From the NCBI RefSeq assembly GCF_009914755.1, contig NC_060942.1: a DNA stretch of 64,000 bases; one strand, given 5' to 3'. Shown here in pieces: positions 1-17,915 of the stretch. Numbering within the stretch: the first letter of the stretch is position 1; each line of letters opens with the position of its first letter. Origin of the DNA: the human T2T-CHM13v2.0 reference genome, Homo sapiens. The translations under genes were made by a program, and so were the position numbers. The notes below the pieces were generated by a model, which ran no database searches, had not been told where the DNA came from, and was given only the letters and a program-made list of their open reading frames with translations.

Positions 1-250
1 GCTGGAGTGCAGTGGCATGATCTGGGCTCACTGAAGCCTGACCTCCTTGGCTCAGGTGATCCTCCCACCTCAGCCTCCTGAGTAGCTGGGACTACAGGTA
101 CTACCATGCCCGTCTATTTTTGTATTTTTTTAGTAGAGATGGGGTTTCTCCATGTTGTCCAGGCTGGTCTCAAACTCCCAGGCTCAAGCAATCTGCCCGC
201 CTCAGCCTCCAAAAGTGCTGTAATTACAGGCATGAGCCACTGCTCCTGGC
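1..250 (-). mobile_element. Alu (partial at window edge)
   Basis: Reverse-complement Alu consensus. Confidence 0.9.
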
Positions 251-568
251 AGGGAACTAATAGAATCCTGGGTTCTTCGGTGTGCAATAAATCTCAAATA
301 CAGTCTATTCAACCATAGATTTTAAATATTTGTTAGTGAAGGTGACAAAAAAATAAGTGATTAAGAGAACCTATTTTCTATCCAATGAGCTATCAAAAGC
401 TTATAGAGTGGAAAGAGAGTGGGGGAAGTGAGGCTCAAAACAGCTAAATGGAAAGAAGATTTTGCATGCAGGCTGAACTGGATTTTCATCCTGGCTACTA
501 TATTCTCCAGATGTGTCACTTTGGCCAAGATCCTTAATCTCAGTGTCATCTATAAGGTAATTAAAGTA

Positions 569-1065
569 CACTAGTGCCCCACTAATCTGTGGTTTTGCTT
601 TCCAAGCTTTCAGTTACCCGAGATCAACTGCGGTTTTAAAATATTATGTGGAAAATTCCAGAAATACATAGTAAGTTTTCAATTGCATGCCATTAAATCT
701 CATGCTGTCCCTGACCCCTTCCTCTCCGGAGGTGAATGCTCCCTTTGTCCAGTGGCTCCACGATGACTACATTCCCCAAATTGTTCTCTTAGGAACCCTT
801 TCTGTGTTCAAGGAACCCTTACTTTACTTAATTATGGCCCCAAAGCACAAGATAGGGATGCCGGCATACTGTTATAATTGTTCTATTTTATTATTAGTTA
901 TTGTTGTTCATCTCTACCTGTGACTAATTTATGAATTCAACTTTATCATAGGTATGTAGGTATAGGAAAAAAACATGGTATGTATAAGGTTCAGTACTAT
1001 CTGCAGTTTCAGACATCCCCTGGGGGTCTTGGAACATATCCCCCGTGGATAAGGGGAAACTACTG
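569..1065 (+). mobile_element. MER44B-like (Tigger7-derived) DNA transposon
   Basis: Degenerate terminal inverted repeats CACTAGTGCCCCACTAATCTGTGG / CCGTGGATAAGGGGAAACTACTG flanked by TA; internal ATGGCCCCAAAGC motif. Confidence 0.8.
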
Positions 1066-1994
1066 TAAAAGTTTGTGTTTTATAGAGTAGTTGTGAGAAC
1101 TACATTAATCCATAATGTGTGGCTCATGATACTCATTGATAGATGGTAGTAGCAACAATAAAAAATAATATTATCAAGTAACTGATTCATAATTGACTCT
1201 CAAAAACGTTAATTTTCTGCTTTCCTTTACCTAAGTTTACCTACATGTTTGAATTTGTAAAGGGAAGGTTTTTCTAGACCAATAATTTTCAAATATTTTT
1301 GCTCTCATACTTCCTCAAAGGAAACTGAAAAAGTTGCAACATACTTGCATGTCATTTTTCTATATAAGTTGAAAGAATAGCAAATTGTTATTTTCCCACG
1401 CATCGTAAAGATTAGCAGGTCATCCCTCTTTAAAATGTACCAAATGGAATCTAAATATCATCGCAATTTGACCCAGCATCATCCATTTAAACAAATATAC
1501 AAGTTTTTCTTTAACAATGAGAAATTTTATCTCATTACATTTTCTCCCTAAACTCTTATTTCAATCTACATTCCTAAGAATTTTATCCTAATGTAGTATA
1601 TTTTTATGCTTAAATATCTTTTGTTGATCAACACAATTTTGATCATTTTTAAATTTTAAAAATTAAGAACATCCTGTGACATCAAATTCTAGGTATGAAA
1701 TATTTATTCTAGATTGGGTGATCATTATAATTATTTTTTGTACATAATTGATCAAAATAACATAAATATACTACAAATTTCTATGACTACTAAACATATA
1801 AAAGTAAAATTTTAAACAAATATATCTCTTAATGAGAAGGAAGAGCTTTTTATACTCCAATAAGTTAACGTATCCACTAATAATTATTATTTCTTCCTAG
1901 AACAAGACAGGATTAAGCATCATGACCGTCCCTATTGGGGGATGTTTTTATAGATGCAAGCACTGTGGCACCTACTGGTATAAATGCACCTGCT

Positions 1995-2320
1995 GATTGG
2001 AATGTTCTTTCCCCAGATCTTCCCCTGCTGGTTTCTTCCCAGTATTCAGGTCTCAGCTCAAATGTGACTTCCTCAATGAGGCCTCCTGGTGATCAGATCT
2101 AAAGCACCCTCTACACAATCACTGTTTAGTGCTATACCCATTAATTTACTATCATCACACTTGTCACTATCTGCAGATGTCTTGTTTGGTTACTTTTGTA
2201 GTGTTTGTCACTGCCAGAATATCAGTTCTATGAAGAAAAGGGCCTTGTCTGTCTTGCTGTTTGTAGACATGAGGAAGGCACCATGATATAAATGTGTGTT
2301 AATGAATGAATGAATGAAAT
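1995..2320 (+). mobile_element. L2 3' fragment
   Basis: GGAATGTTCTTTCCCC..CTCAAATGTGACTTCCTC and terminal (TGAA)n. Confidence 0.7.
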
Positions 2321-2524
2321 TTGTCTGAGAGAACCATTCATTCTAACCAACATTTATGGAGTAACTACTTTGAAAAGAACCATTCTGTCTTTACTATCAA
2401 GCCAAGATACTCAAGGAAGGCAGCAGAAGTGGAAGCTCCATGTGGGCAGAGGAGCCTAGTCTTGAGATGTGATTTAGCTGGTATTTGGGTGAAACAAATA
2501 AACCAGCCTCAAAATAACACAAGG

Positions 2525-3318
<794 letters not shown>

Positions 3319-3359
3319 CAATTATTATGTATCAGGTTTTTAAAAAATAACACAAGTAA

Positions 3360-3680
3360 GGCTGGGCATGGTGGCTCACGCCTTTAATCCCAGCACTTTG
3401 GGAGGCCGAGGTGGGCAGATCACTTCAGATCAGAAGTCTGAGACAAGCCTGACCAACATGGTGAAACCCTGTCTCTCCTAAAAATGCAAAAAAAAAAAAA
3501 AAGAAAAAAAAATTAGCTGGGCATGGTGGCAGGCGCCTATAGTTCCAGCTACTTGGGAGGCTGAGGCAGAATTGCTTGAACCCATGCAGCGGAGTTTGCA
3601 GTGAGCTGAGCACCACTGCACTGCAGCCTGAGGGACAGAGCAAGATTCCACCTCAAAAAAAAAAAAAAAAAAAAAAAAGG
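3360..3680 (+). mobile_element. Alu with expanded central A-linker
   Basis: Alu dimer, long linker and poly(A) tail. Confidence 0.93.
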
Positions 3681-4014
3681 AAAAAGAATAACACAAGGAA
3701 ATTAAACACAGATAACGTGCATCTGGATAATCTGGAATATTTTCAGCCTGGGATCTTCCTCGTGCTCGGAAACGTGTAGGGAAACGTGTAGGGACAGTTT
3801 TCAGCTGGTGTGGGGTGGGGGAATGCCAACATATGGTTGGCTTTCCACAGTCCTGCTAAAGCCCTGCAATGTGCAGAACAAACCGGTCCAGCTAAGAAAA
3901 GTCCCACCCAAAATGCTGAGAGCACCTCTGTACTCAATCAACCGTTGAGGTAAAAGGATGCTTGCAAGTACAACACATGTATCAGTGCATTTTAAACTCA
4001 TTATAAAATCGTTC

Positions 4015-4844
4015 TGTAAACCAAAAATAAAATTCTACGCCCAGAACCATCTGAAAAGACCACTCCTCTGGGTCAAAGGCATTCCAAATTTAACCACAAA
4101 AACTAGTTCAGGCCATGATGGGAAGGGGAGCCAGACATGCCTCATTATTCCCTCCTCCGTTTGGAATTTAGGCACAGCTGACCAGCATTGACATCAACAC
4201 AGGCCTCAAGACAGGTAGAACACACTCTTTAAGTCTGACAAGAAACATTTACAATCTATCTCTCTAAAGCCTGCTACCTGGAGGTTTAATCTGCATGATG
4301 AATCCATGGTCTCCACAACCCCTTATCTTAACCCAGATATTCCTTTCTATTCATTCAAATCTTTTTTTTTTTTTTCCCCATACGGCTCTGTCACCCAGAC
4401 TGGAGTGCAGTGGCGCTTTCTCAGCTACTGCAAGCAACCTCCGCCTCCTGGGTTCAAGCGATTCTCCTACCTCAGCCTCCTGAGTACCTGGGGTTACAGG
4501 CGTGTGCCACCTCGCCCCACTAATTTTTGTATTTTCAGTAGAGAGGGTTTCACTATGTTGGCCAGGATGGTCTCAATCTCCTGACCTCGTGATCTGCCCG
4601 CCTCGACCTCCCAAGTGCTGGGATTACAGGCGTGAGCCACCGCGCCCAGCCCTCTATTGATTCCAGATCTTTAGATAACAATTCTTTCAACCAAATGTAT
4701 AAAAAATCAAGTTGTAGCCCAACCACCTTGGGGACATGTTCTCAGGATCTGCTGAGGGCTCTATCACCGGCCATTGGTCACTCATATTTGGCTCAGAATA
4801 AATTTCTTCAGATATTTTACAGAGTTTAACTCTTTTCATCAACA
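4015..4844 (+). mobile_element. MER4D/E-like ERV1 solo LTR with an Alu inserted (4362-4650)
   Basis: Starts TGTAAACCAAAAATAAAATTCTA, ends CATCAACA, AATAAA near 4797, 4-bp TSD GTTC on both sides. Confidence 0.8.
4362..4650 (-). mobile_element. Alu inserted in LTR
   Basis: Reverse Alu with degenerate TSD TCTATT(C/G)ATTC(A/C)A. Confidence 0.9.
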
Positions 4845-4916
4845 GTTCCCACTCCCCAGTGTTAATGTTATAAACAATTCAGTAAAACTGGGAAATGTGG
4901 TCTATTAAAAACTTGG

Positions 4917-5551
<635 letters not shown>

Positions 5552-5977
5552 GCCCTGGCGGTTTTTAATCAAGTAGAAAAGCTGCATTATACCACTTGCT
5601 TCGGTTGCTTCAGTGAGAACGAAGAAATGGAAATGCAAATCCCTTATTAGTTGTAGGAAACAGATCTCAAACAGCAGTTTTGTTGACAAGACCGCAGGAA
5701 AACGTGGGAACTGTGCTGCTGGCTTAGAGAAGGCGCGGTCGACCAGACGGTTCCCAAAGGGCGCAGTCCTTCCCAGCCACCGCACCTGCATCCAGGTTCC
5801 CGGGTTTCCTAAGACTCTCAGCTGTGGCCCTGGGCTCCGTTCTGTGCCACACCCGTGGCTCCTGCGTTTCCCCCTGGCGCACGCTCTCTAGAGCGGGGGC
5901 CGCCGCGACCCCGCCGAGCAGGAAGAGGCGGAGCGCGGGACGGCCGCGGGAAAAGGCGCGCGGAAGGGGTCCTGCCA

Positions 5978-6067
5978 CCGCGCCACTTGGCCTGCCTCCG
6001 TCCCGCCGCGCCACTTGGCCTGCCTCCGTCCCGCCGCGCCACTTCGCCTGCCTCCGTCCCCCGCCCG
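5978..6067 (+). repeat. TYMS: TYMS 5'UTR 28-bp enhancer tandem repeat (TSER), 3-repeat allele with G at base 12 of repeat 2 (3RG)
   Basis: CCGCGCCACTTGGCCTGCCTCCGTCCCG at 5978-6005 and 6006-6033; third copy 6034-6067 has CACTTC and a 6-bp insertion; CACTTG E-box (USF) intact in copies 1 and 2. Confidence 0.95.
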
Positions 6068-6093
6068 CCGCGCCATGCCTGTGGCCGGCTCGG
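6061..6093 (+). promoter_or_regulatory. TYMS: Start-codon stem-loop, TS protein translational autoregulation site
   Basis: CCGCCCGCCGCGCC-ATG-CCTGTGGCCGGCTCGG can fold with the AUG in the loop; established TS mRNA binding site 1. Confidence 0.7.
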
Positions 6094-6279
6094 AGCTGCC
6101 GCGCCGGCCCTTGCCCCCCGCCGCACAGGAGCGGGACGCCGAGCCGCGTCCGCCGCACGGGGAGCTGCAGTACCTGGGGCAGATCCAACACATCCTCCGC
6201 TGCGGCGTCAGGAAGGACGACCGCACGGGCACCGGCACCCTGTCGGTATTCGGCATGCAGGCGCGCTACAGCCTGAGAG
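6075..6279 (+). CDS. TYMS: TYMS exon 1 (coding part)
   Basis: ATG at 6075, [15 protein letters not shown]...GMQARYSLR, donor AG|gtgacg. Confidence 0.98.
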
Positions 6280-6670
6280 GTGACGCCGCGGGCCCCTGCG
6301 GGACGGGTGGCGGGAAGGAGGGAGGCGCGGCTGGGGAGAGCGCTCGGGAGCTGCCGGGCGCTGCGGACCCCGTTTAGTCCTAACCTCAATCCTGCCAGGG
6401 AGGGGACGCATCGTCCTCCTCGCCTTACAGACGCCGAAACGGAGGGTCCCATTAGGGACGTGACTGGCGCGGGCAACACACACAGCAGCGACAGCCGGGA
6501 GGTAAGCCGCGTCCCAGCGGCTCCGCGGCCGGGCTCGCAGTCGCCCCAGTGATGCCGTGGCCCCCGAGGCGGGCGTCATCGGGCAGCGTTTGCCCAGTGC
6601 TGGAGGGTTAGGGAGAGCTGCCTGGGCTTGACCGCGCGCCGGTCTCAAAGTCCTGGCTTTGGCTCCTCCT
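6174..6670 (-). ncRNA. TYMSOS: TYMSOS antisense transcript, first exon (ends approximate)
   Basis: Contains the TYMSOS ORF; plausible minus-strand donor CCCCAG|GTACTG at 6174/6173; TSS position from memory, not visible in sequence. Confidence 0.5.
6208..6579 (-). CDS. TYMSOS: TYMS opposite-strand ORF (C18orf56), 123 aa, protein existence doubtful
   Basis: ATG at 6579; [30 protein letters not shown]...CRCPCGRPS matches my recollection of the annotated TYMSOS product. Confidence 0.6.
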   Translation of the reverse strand: MTPASGATASLGRLRARPRSRWDAAYLPAVAAVCVARASHVPNGTLRFGVCKARRTMRPLPGRIEVRTKRGPQRPAAPERSPQPRLPPSRHPSRRGPRRHLSGCSAPACRIPTGCRCPCGRPS

Positions 6671-7941
6671 CCGTTTTCCCCTGTGGACCATTCCGCTTCG
6701 CAGCGTTTTCAAAAACTGGAGCGAAAGTGATGTGGGCGGGGCAAAGGCGGCGGGAAGAGGACAGCACTGAAGCTGGCGCGGGAACTTGGTTTCCTGGTGG
6801 CCTCCCATCCAATCCCCACGAACCAGCTTTCCTCTTAAACCTTGAAAAGAGAAATTCGGGAGTTCGAGTTCTTAGTCGTCCTTTCCTCTTTCCTTTCCGA
6901 CAGGAGCACCCCAGGCAAAAAATGTCTCGCGGGTCATTGGCGCCAGGCTTTCAGGGGACAGTGGGGCGGGGCGGGGTGGGCACAGGACGTTAGGCAGCCG
7001 TTGGCCCTCCCTAAGGCCACACCGTCCTGCCGTCCTGGATCCTGCGCCAGCTGCGCGGGGGAGGGGACTCGAAGGTGTGTGAGCCAGGGGCTGACCTTGA
7101 CCGCTCAGATAAATGGAGCGCAGCCTTGACACAGGGGTGGAGGTGGTTTTGAATGGGGAAACCCATTCGTGGTGAAGCAGATTCACTGTAGCTAGCGGAA
7201 AAGCCCTCCGGCCCACGGACCCATCTAGAGACGAATACATAGCAGCTGCTGTGGCTGATTGGCGTGGGACAGCGTGGGGAGTTTTGTCTGAGGAGAGGGA
7301 TCCACTTTTCTGCAGCTCCAAGCCCAGGGGCCTTTGATGAGCCATAGACCTCATTTTTAACCCACCTTTCTGCTTAGACATTGAGCAAGTTACTTCTCAT
7401 ATAGCTTCCCTATATGTTAAAAATGGAGAAAATAATGCTTAGTAGGCAATTCTGATAAAAGCAGGTGCTTGCAAAAATCTCTCTGTTGTCTGAATATAAA
7501 CTGTACCACAAGCGAGTGCGGATGAACGAGGACTGCATTTAAAGATAAGTTTTTACACTTTCATTTCTCTGTGGCTCGACACTTCTGATGCCTCCCTTTT
7601 TGTTCCTGGGACACATGCTTGGTGTTGTCTTCACACCTTTGTGACAGGATTAGCACTAGTGGGCAGTGGATGATAGCTCCTCCCTTTTGCCACATGTTCA
7701 TCCCTGCCCTCGCCACCATCTCACTGTGTGGAATTCCTGTGTCCACTGGTCACCGGGGCACAGAAGTGCTGTCTCAGCCTGAATCGGGCCACTGATGGGA
7801 CTTGCAGCCTGGGAGCTCCACCGTGATCTCTGGCCCACTTTGCGGGAGTCTAGGCTTTCTGGATGCTCCAGGGCCTCACGTCCCAGGGCAGTTTTCTTCC
7901 CTGAAGAAAGTTGGATGGCATGATCTGTCTTCCCATCTTGA

Positions 7942-8405
<464 letters not shown>

Positions 8406-8439
8406 AGACACCACCAAAGGTCAAAGCATATCATTCCTC

Positions 8440-8910
8440 ACCCTCAAGCCCTTAGTGGCTCCATTTCACTCAGTAAGAGCCACGGTCCTTATGGTGTCCG
8501 TTTTTCAGCTCTGACCTTAGCTGCTGCTCTCTGCACCAGCCCTGCTGTTCTTGTGAGTTTTTGAGCACACCGGGACATCCCCACTCCCTGGAACCTTCTT
8601 CCCCCACACTTGGCTTCTTCCTTTGAGTCTCTACTCCACTCGGGCAAGCCTTCCTAGACCTCCTGATTTAAAACTGTGACTCTCCCCCAACCTCCTTGGT
8701 GTTTCTCCGTAGACGAACATCACCATCTGATGTATGTCAGCCTTTCCCTTCCCCTGTTAGAAGGGGGCAGCAGGTAGTAAAAGTGAAATGTGCTGTAAGC
8801 TTTATGAGGGCAGAGGATTTGTTTCTCGTGTTCACTGTTGTATCGCCAGGGCCTCAAACACAGCCTGCCACATAGTAGGAGTCAACATATATTGATCACT
8901 AAATGTAGAT
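8440..8910 (+). mobile_element. L2 fragment
   Basis: TGTAAGCTTTATGAGGGCAG..CACAGCCTGCCACATAGTAGG resembles the L2 3' end. Confidence 0.6.
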
Positions 8911-10028
8911 ACCACCTGTGTTCCCATGTTCATATAAATTCTAGAAGAGTCTCTTCAGTAACAAGGTGAACACCTTCCAGAGGGCTGAGTAGGTACCTCA
9001 GGCCGGGGCCAGAGTGCTGTGAAGACAGGCAGCAGCCCAGACCAAGCTTCTCTGTGTTCCGTGTCCTGGTCTAGAACCAGCGATGTTCTTTCTGACCAGT
9101 GCTTTTTGGAAGGTGGCTGAGGTCTGGGCTCAGGTCTGGGCCATACTAGAAGCTGGGATCCCTTCTATAGAGCACTTGGTATGGCTTGTATGGTCTTGGG
9201 GCAAGCCAGACCCAAGCCCTCTTATCCCATTTTAGAAAGGGCTTCAATTTGGATCCAGCCCCAGGTCTGCCTTAGCTCTGTATTCTTGGGGTATTTTGTT
9301 CTGTATTGGCCTATCTTGACTAACAATGAGCCTTGGATTTGAAACATATCATCAGAAACCTCAGAAGACAACATTCTTAAACTGGCTAGAGCCTGGTCTG
9401 AATGGATGAAAAGGAGAGACTTTTGAAGCAATATGTAAAAGATTGAGAAATGATTTGTTGGAAATTTCTCAATTGGAGAAATTTCTTTGATTTGTTGGAA
9501 ATTTCTTTGATTCTTTCTCAATCAAAGAAAATCGGGACAAACTCAACAATAGAAAGGGAGGAAGCAAGATACTCAGAAATAAAATGCATTCCCCTGTTTC
9601 AACTTAATGCTTCAATTCAGGATTCTAAGGAATCCTTGCCAGGAATGTCAGACTCACCTTGATAGTTGGAGTTACTCCATTGGTGACTCGATCAAATACA
9701 GGAGTTGAGGCACCTGCACTGTAAAATACTGATTAGTCTGATCATTAGGAATATCCTGTATGCCAGGTAGAAGATACATTGAACAGATTGCATGTAGGCA
9801 TTAAATTCATTTTGGGGTATTACATATAGACAACACATTTCATTAAGAAACATAAAACTGTCAGATCGGTGGAATACTTAAAAGCACTTGGAGGTGTTTA
9901 GCCTAAAAAGCTTAGTTGAGGGGAATGGAAGAAAAGATCTGGGAGGGTGGTTCCAAAGAAGGGATCAGACTGTCCTAAAGCCCTCAGGAATCTGGGCTGG
10001 GACCAGCCTACTTAAAGATAGGATGGGC

Positions 10029-10344
<316 letters not shown>

Positions 10345-10428
10345 TCAAGTGCCCACCTCCTAGCAAGTCAGCAGGGGCCAGAGGCCCTTGTAAGTGGTGT
10401 CTCGGGGGGATCAACTGAGATGGCTTAA

Positions 10429-10689
<261 letters not shown>

Positions 10690-10829
10690 TAGCACGTGTT
10701 TGCTCCGTTGTTTTAGATAAGGTCTGGGGGATGAGTCAATGTCACAGGAGCTGATGTATAGCTTTGACCTTGTGAGGGGTGGTGCCAGGTTAAGCCACAA
10801 TTAAGCCTCATGAAGGCCGTTTCACACTC

Positions 10830-14535
<3,706 letters not shown>

Positions 14536-15094
14536 TCATCGGCAGATAGCTGCATGGTTGGTGTTCGTGCTGGGGAATGGGAAGTTCATCGGTGGGACAA
14601 GGGACAAAATGCCCCCATTGCTTTGTTGTGGCTTTAATCTCCCTTTCGAGGCTGAGCCACAGCGTGCTGTAGGTGGCGCTGCTGTGAAGCGCAGTACCAG
14701 GGTCACACTCCACTCCCAGCTCTGCAGAGGTGGAGAAAGAATGAAACATCTCACTCCTGGACTTCCACTTTCCTGTCACTGTTGGTGTCACCTCTTACTG
14801 GATGTCACAGAGCCCAGCCCCTCCCACCTGTGCCTAGGAAAAGCAGATGCCACCTTGGAATGTGGGGTTTGTGTGTGCAATTTACTAGCTGGGCAGAGAC
14901 CAGCAACCTGGAGAGCAGGTGTCTCGTCTAAGGGGACAGTCACATTTCATCTCCAGCCACCTGGAGGAATTTGGGCCTGGTGATGTCAGAATTCTTCAAT
15001 AAAAGCCTAAAATCTATATTTTATGTGCGGTCATGAGATCTGTTAAATGTTAGCAACTTCAGGAAGTTTAAAAATGCTGTGTGGACCTAGAATA

Positions 15095-15995
15095 GGCAAG
15101 TTCTTAAAGGCAGAAAGTGGAATGCTAGTTTCCAGGGACTGGGGAACAGGGAGGAATGGGGAGTTCATGTTTAATGGGCACAGAGGTTTTGTTAGGGATG
15201 ACGAAAAAGTTCGGGAGATGAGTGATGGCGATGGAGATGGTGATGGTGATGGAGATGGTGATGGTGATGGTGATGGAGATGGTGATGGTGATGGAGATGG
15301 TGATGGTGATGGTGATGGTGATGGTGATGGTGATGGTGATGGTGATGGAGATGGTGATGGTGATGGTGATGGAGATGGTGATGGTGATGGAGATGGTGAT
15401 GGTGATGGAGATGGTGATGGTGATGGAGATGGTGATGGTGATGGTGATGGAGATGGAGATGGTGATGGTGATGGTGATGGTGATGGTGATGGTGATGGTG
15501 ATGGAGATGGTGATGGAGATGGTGATGGAGATGGTGATGGTGATGGAGATGGTGATGGTGATGGTGATGGAGATGGTGATGGTGATGGAGATGGTGATGG
15601 AGATGGAGATGGAGATGGTGATGGAGATGGAGATGGTGATGGTGATGGGATGGTGATGGTGATGGTGATGGTGATGGAGATGGTGATGGTGATGGAGATG
15701 GAGATGGTGATGGTGATGGTGATGGAGATGGTGATGGAGATGGAGATGGAGATGGTGATGGTGATGGGATGGTGATGGTGATGGTGATGGTGATGGTGAT
15801 GGAGATGGTGATGGTGATGGAGATGGAGATGGTGATGGTGATGGTGATGGTGATGGTGATGGTGATGGTGATGGAGATGGAGATGGAGATGGTGATGGTG
15901 ATGGTTGCCTAACATCAGGAACGTGCTTAATGCTTCTGAATTGCACACAAAAATGGCAAGTTTAATATTATGTGTACTTTATCACAATGAAAAAA
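15095..15995 (+). mobile_element. Old L1M (L1MB-like) 3' end hosting the hexamer repeat
   Basis: Flanks GGAATGGGGAG..TAATGGGCACAGAGG..GATGACGAAAAAGTTC and GGTTGC..AACAT..TGAATTGCACAC..TATCACAATGAAAAAA resemble the L1MB terminus. Confidence 0.7.
15224..15905 (+). repeat. (GATGGT/GATGGA)n hexanucleotide repeat, about 114 units, TYMS intron 3
   Basis: 682 bp = 112 hexamers plus two 5-nt GATGG interruptions (15644-15648, 15763-15767). Confidence 0.97.
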
Positions 15996-17348
15996 GCTGC
16001 TGCGTGGGCCAAGTTACTTGTGCAGGTAAGTGTTCTGCAGGTCGTTGCCTGCACCTCAGTTGTAGGGTGTCCGTAGGATGTGAGGCCAGTCCCCGGGCTT
16101 AATGATGCTTTAAATCCTGCCTAGTATTCAATTATTTCTTGTCGCTTAAAAGGCCTAATAAAATTATGGTTTTAGTTTACAGTGGTATGAATGCTTAGCT
16201 GTTGGATTTTAGTAGGAAAGTTTGTCCCTTTTTGTTTTTAATTTTGTTTTACAGATTCACAGGAATTTTTTTTTTTTTTTTTTTAATGCACAGAAAGTTT
16301 CCCTGGACACACTACCCAGTTTCCCCCAGTGATAATATCTTGGGTAACATCCTGTATACATTCACATTGGTGCATTCCTCAGAGTTGTCAGATTTTGCTA
16401 GTTTTACGTGCACTTGTGTATGTGTGTATTTGCAATTTTAGCACGTGTAGACTCTTGTAACCACTACAATCAAGTTACAGAACTACACTACCAAGGTTCA
16501 TCTTTTTAAAATCTTTCTTTGATGTTACCTTTTTCGGAACAGTGACCATGAGAGGACTTTCCTCCCAAAATTTTGAGAACTACTGAACCAGAATATAGTC
16601 TGACACTAATAGGTAGAAATTTAACCAAAGGAGATTATGAAGCTCTGCACTTCAGTTAACAAATCACTTCTCAGCTTCCAGTTCCATCTCAGAAGGAAGG
16701 AAAGGGATTAAAATCCAGAGACCAGAAATGGGAGCAAAGTATAAGGTGGTGTAATCATTACAGAGGTTTCCTGATGTTTCCAAGTCAGTCGTGTGTTGAG
16801 CTGCTAAACTCTAAAGTAATTTTAGGTGGAAGTGTTGGAAACATGCTGCTGAGGTGATAGAAAGGAATCCATGGTCCTCTGTTAGTTGGAAAGTATATGG
16901 AATACTATATTCTACATAAGATACAACACTCTCTGTGAGACAAGGATAAAGTAGATTTTGTCAGTGAAATTGTGACAAGAATCGCTGATGGGTTTAGAGC
17001 CTAAGTTTGCGAGGAGCACTGGAAGAAATTAAGATTGTTGAGATTGGAAAGGGTTAGCTATGGGGGGAACAGGAGGAGGTGACTCCATGACAGACCAAAT
17101 ATTCAAAGGACTGTGTAGAAGAGGAAAAAGACTTTGTTAGGGCTCCAGAGGACAGAGCCAGGAGTCAGACAGGGCCTTGAACTCAACCCACCGAGATCTG
17201 CAAACTTTGCAGGATGCACCAGATGTCTTGTAGCCATGGGTCAAGGGGGGACCCTGGGTAAGAGACTGTAATAGATGACCTCTAAGGCCATCTCATGACA
17301 TGTGTGATTAATGTATGTACCTGTCCTCTCTTTTTGACAATTCTACAG

Positions 17349-17450
17349 ATTATTCAGGACAGGGAGTTGACCAACTGCAAAGAGTGATTGACACCATCAA
17401 AACCAACCCTGACGACAGAAGAATCATCATGTGCGCTTGGAATCCAAGAG
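17349..17450 (+). CDS. TYMS: TYMS exon 4
   Basis: ctacag| (D)[33 protein letters not shown] |gttgaa (weak donor). Confidence 0.97.
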
Positions 17451-17627
17451 GTTGAAAGAACCCCGTCGTCTTCATTTATACTAACCATACTCTTAGAGGG
17501 AAGCAATCTGGTTTTGTGCAGAGGCACCTGAGGGAGGCAGGACCCTGGGAACTTCCCCCAGCCACATGGTTGATTGTGTGACGTTGGGCAAGTCACATTT
17601 TGCTGCACTTTCACCTTCAGATCATGA

Positions 17628-17915
<288 letters not shown>

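Larger units (their letters stand above)
5690..7100. promoter_or_regulatory. TYMS: CpG island / TATA-less TYMS promoter and 5' intron 1 regulatory region
   Basis: Very high GC and CpG density; GGAAG Ets-like and GC-box motifs at about 5918-5970; boundaries estimated by eye. Confidence 0.85.

Noticed and set aside
1-2500. Exons of the neighbouring gene CLUL1
   Set aside because: No recognisable coding exon in this stretch; it appears to be repeats and AT-rich DNA
3768-3793. 12-bp tandem duplication GGAAACGTGTAG
   Set aside because: Ordinary slippage duplication; no evidence of function
5724-6479. 251-aa antisense ORF and other long ORFs over the TYMS promoter
   Set aside because: Non-ATG start, stop-codon scarcity expected in a CpG island, includes translated TSER repeats, no recognisable domain
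15043-15948. Poly-PS, poly-His and poly-IT ORFs as genuine protein genes
   Set aside because: Direct consequence of the hexamer repeat; no promoter or splice evidence. Kept only as a repeat-translation hypothesis
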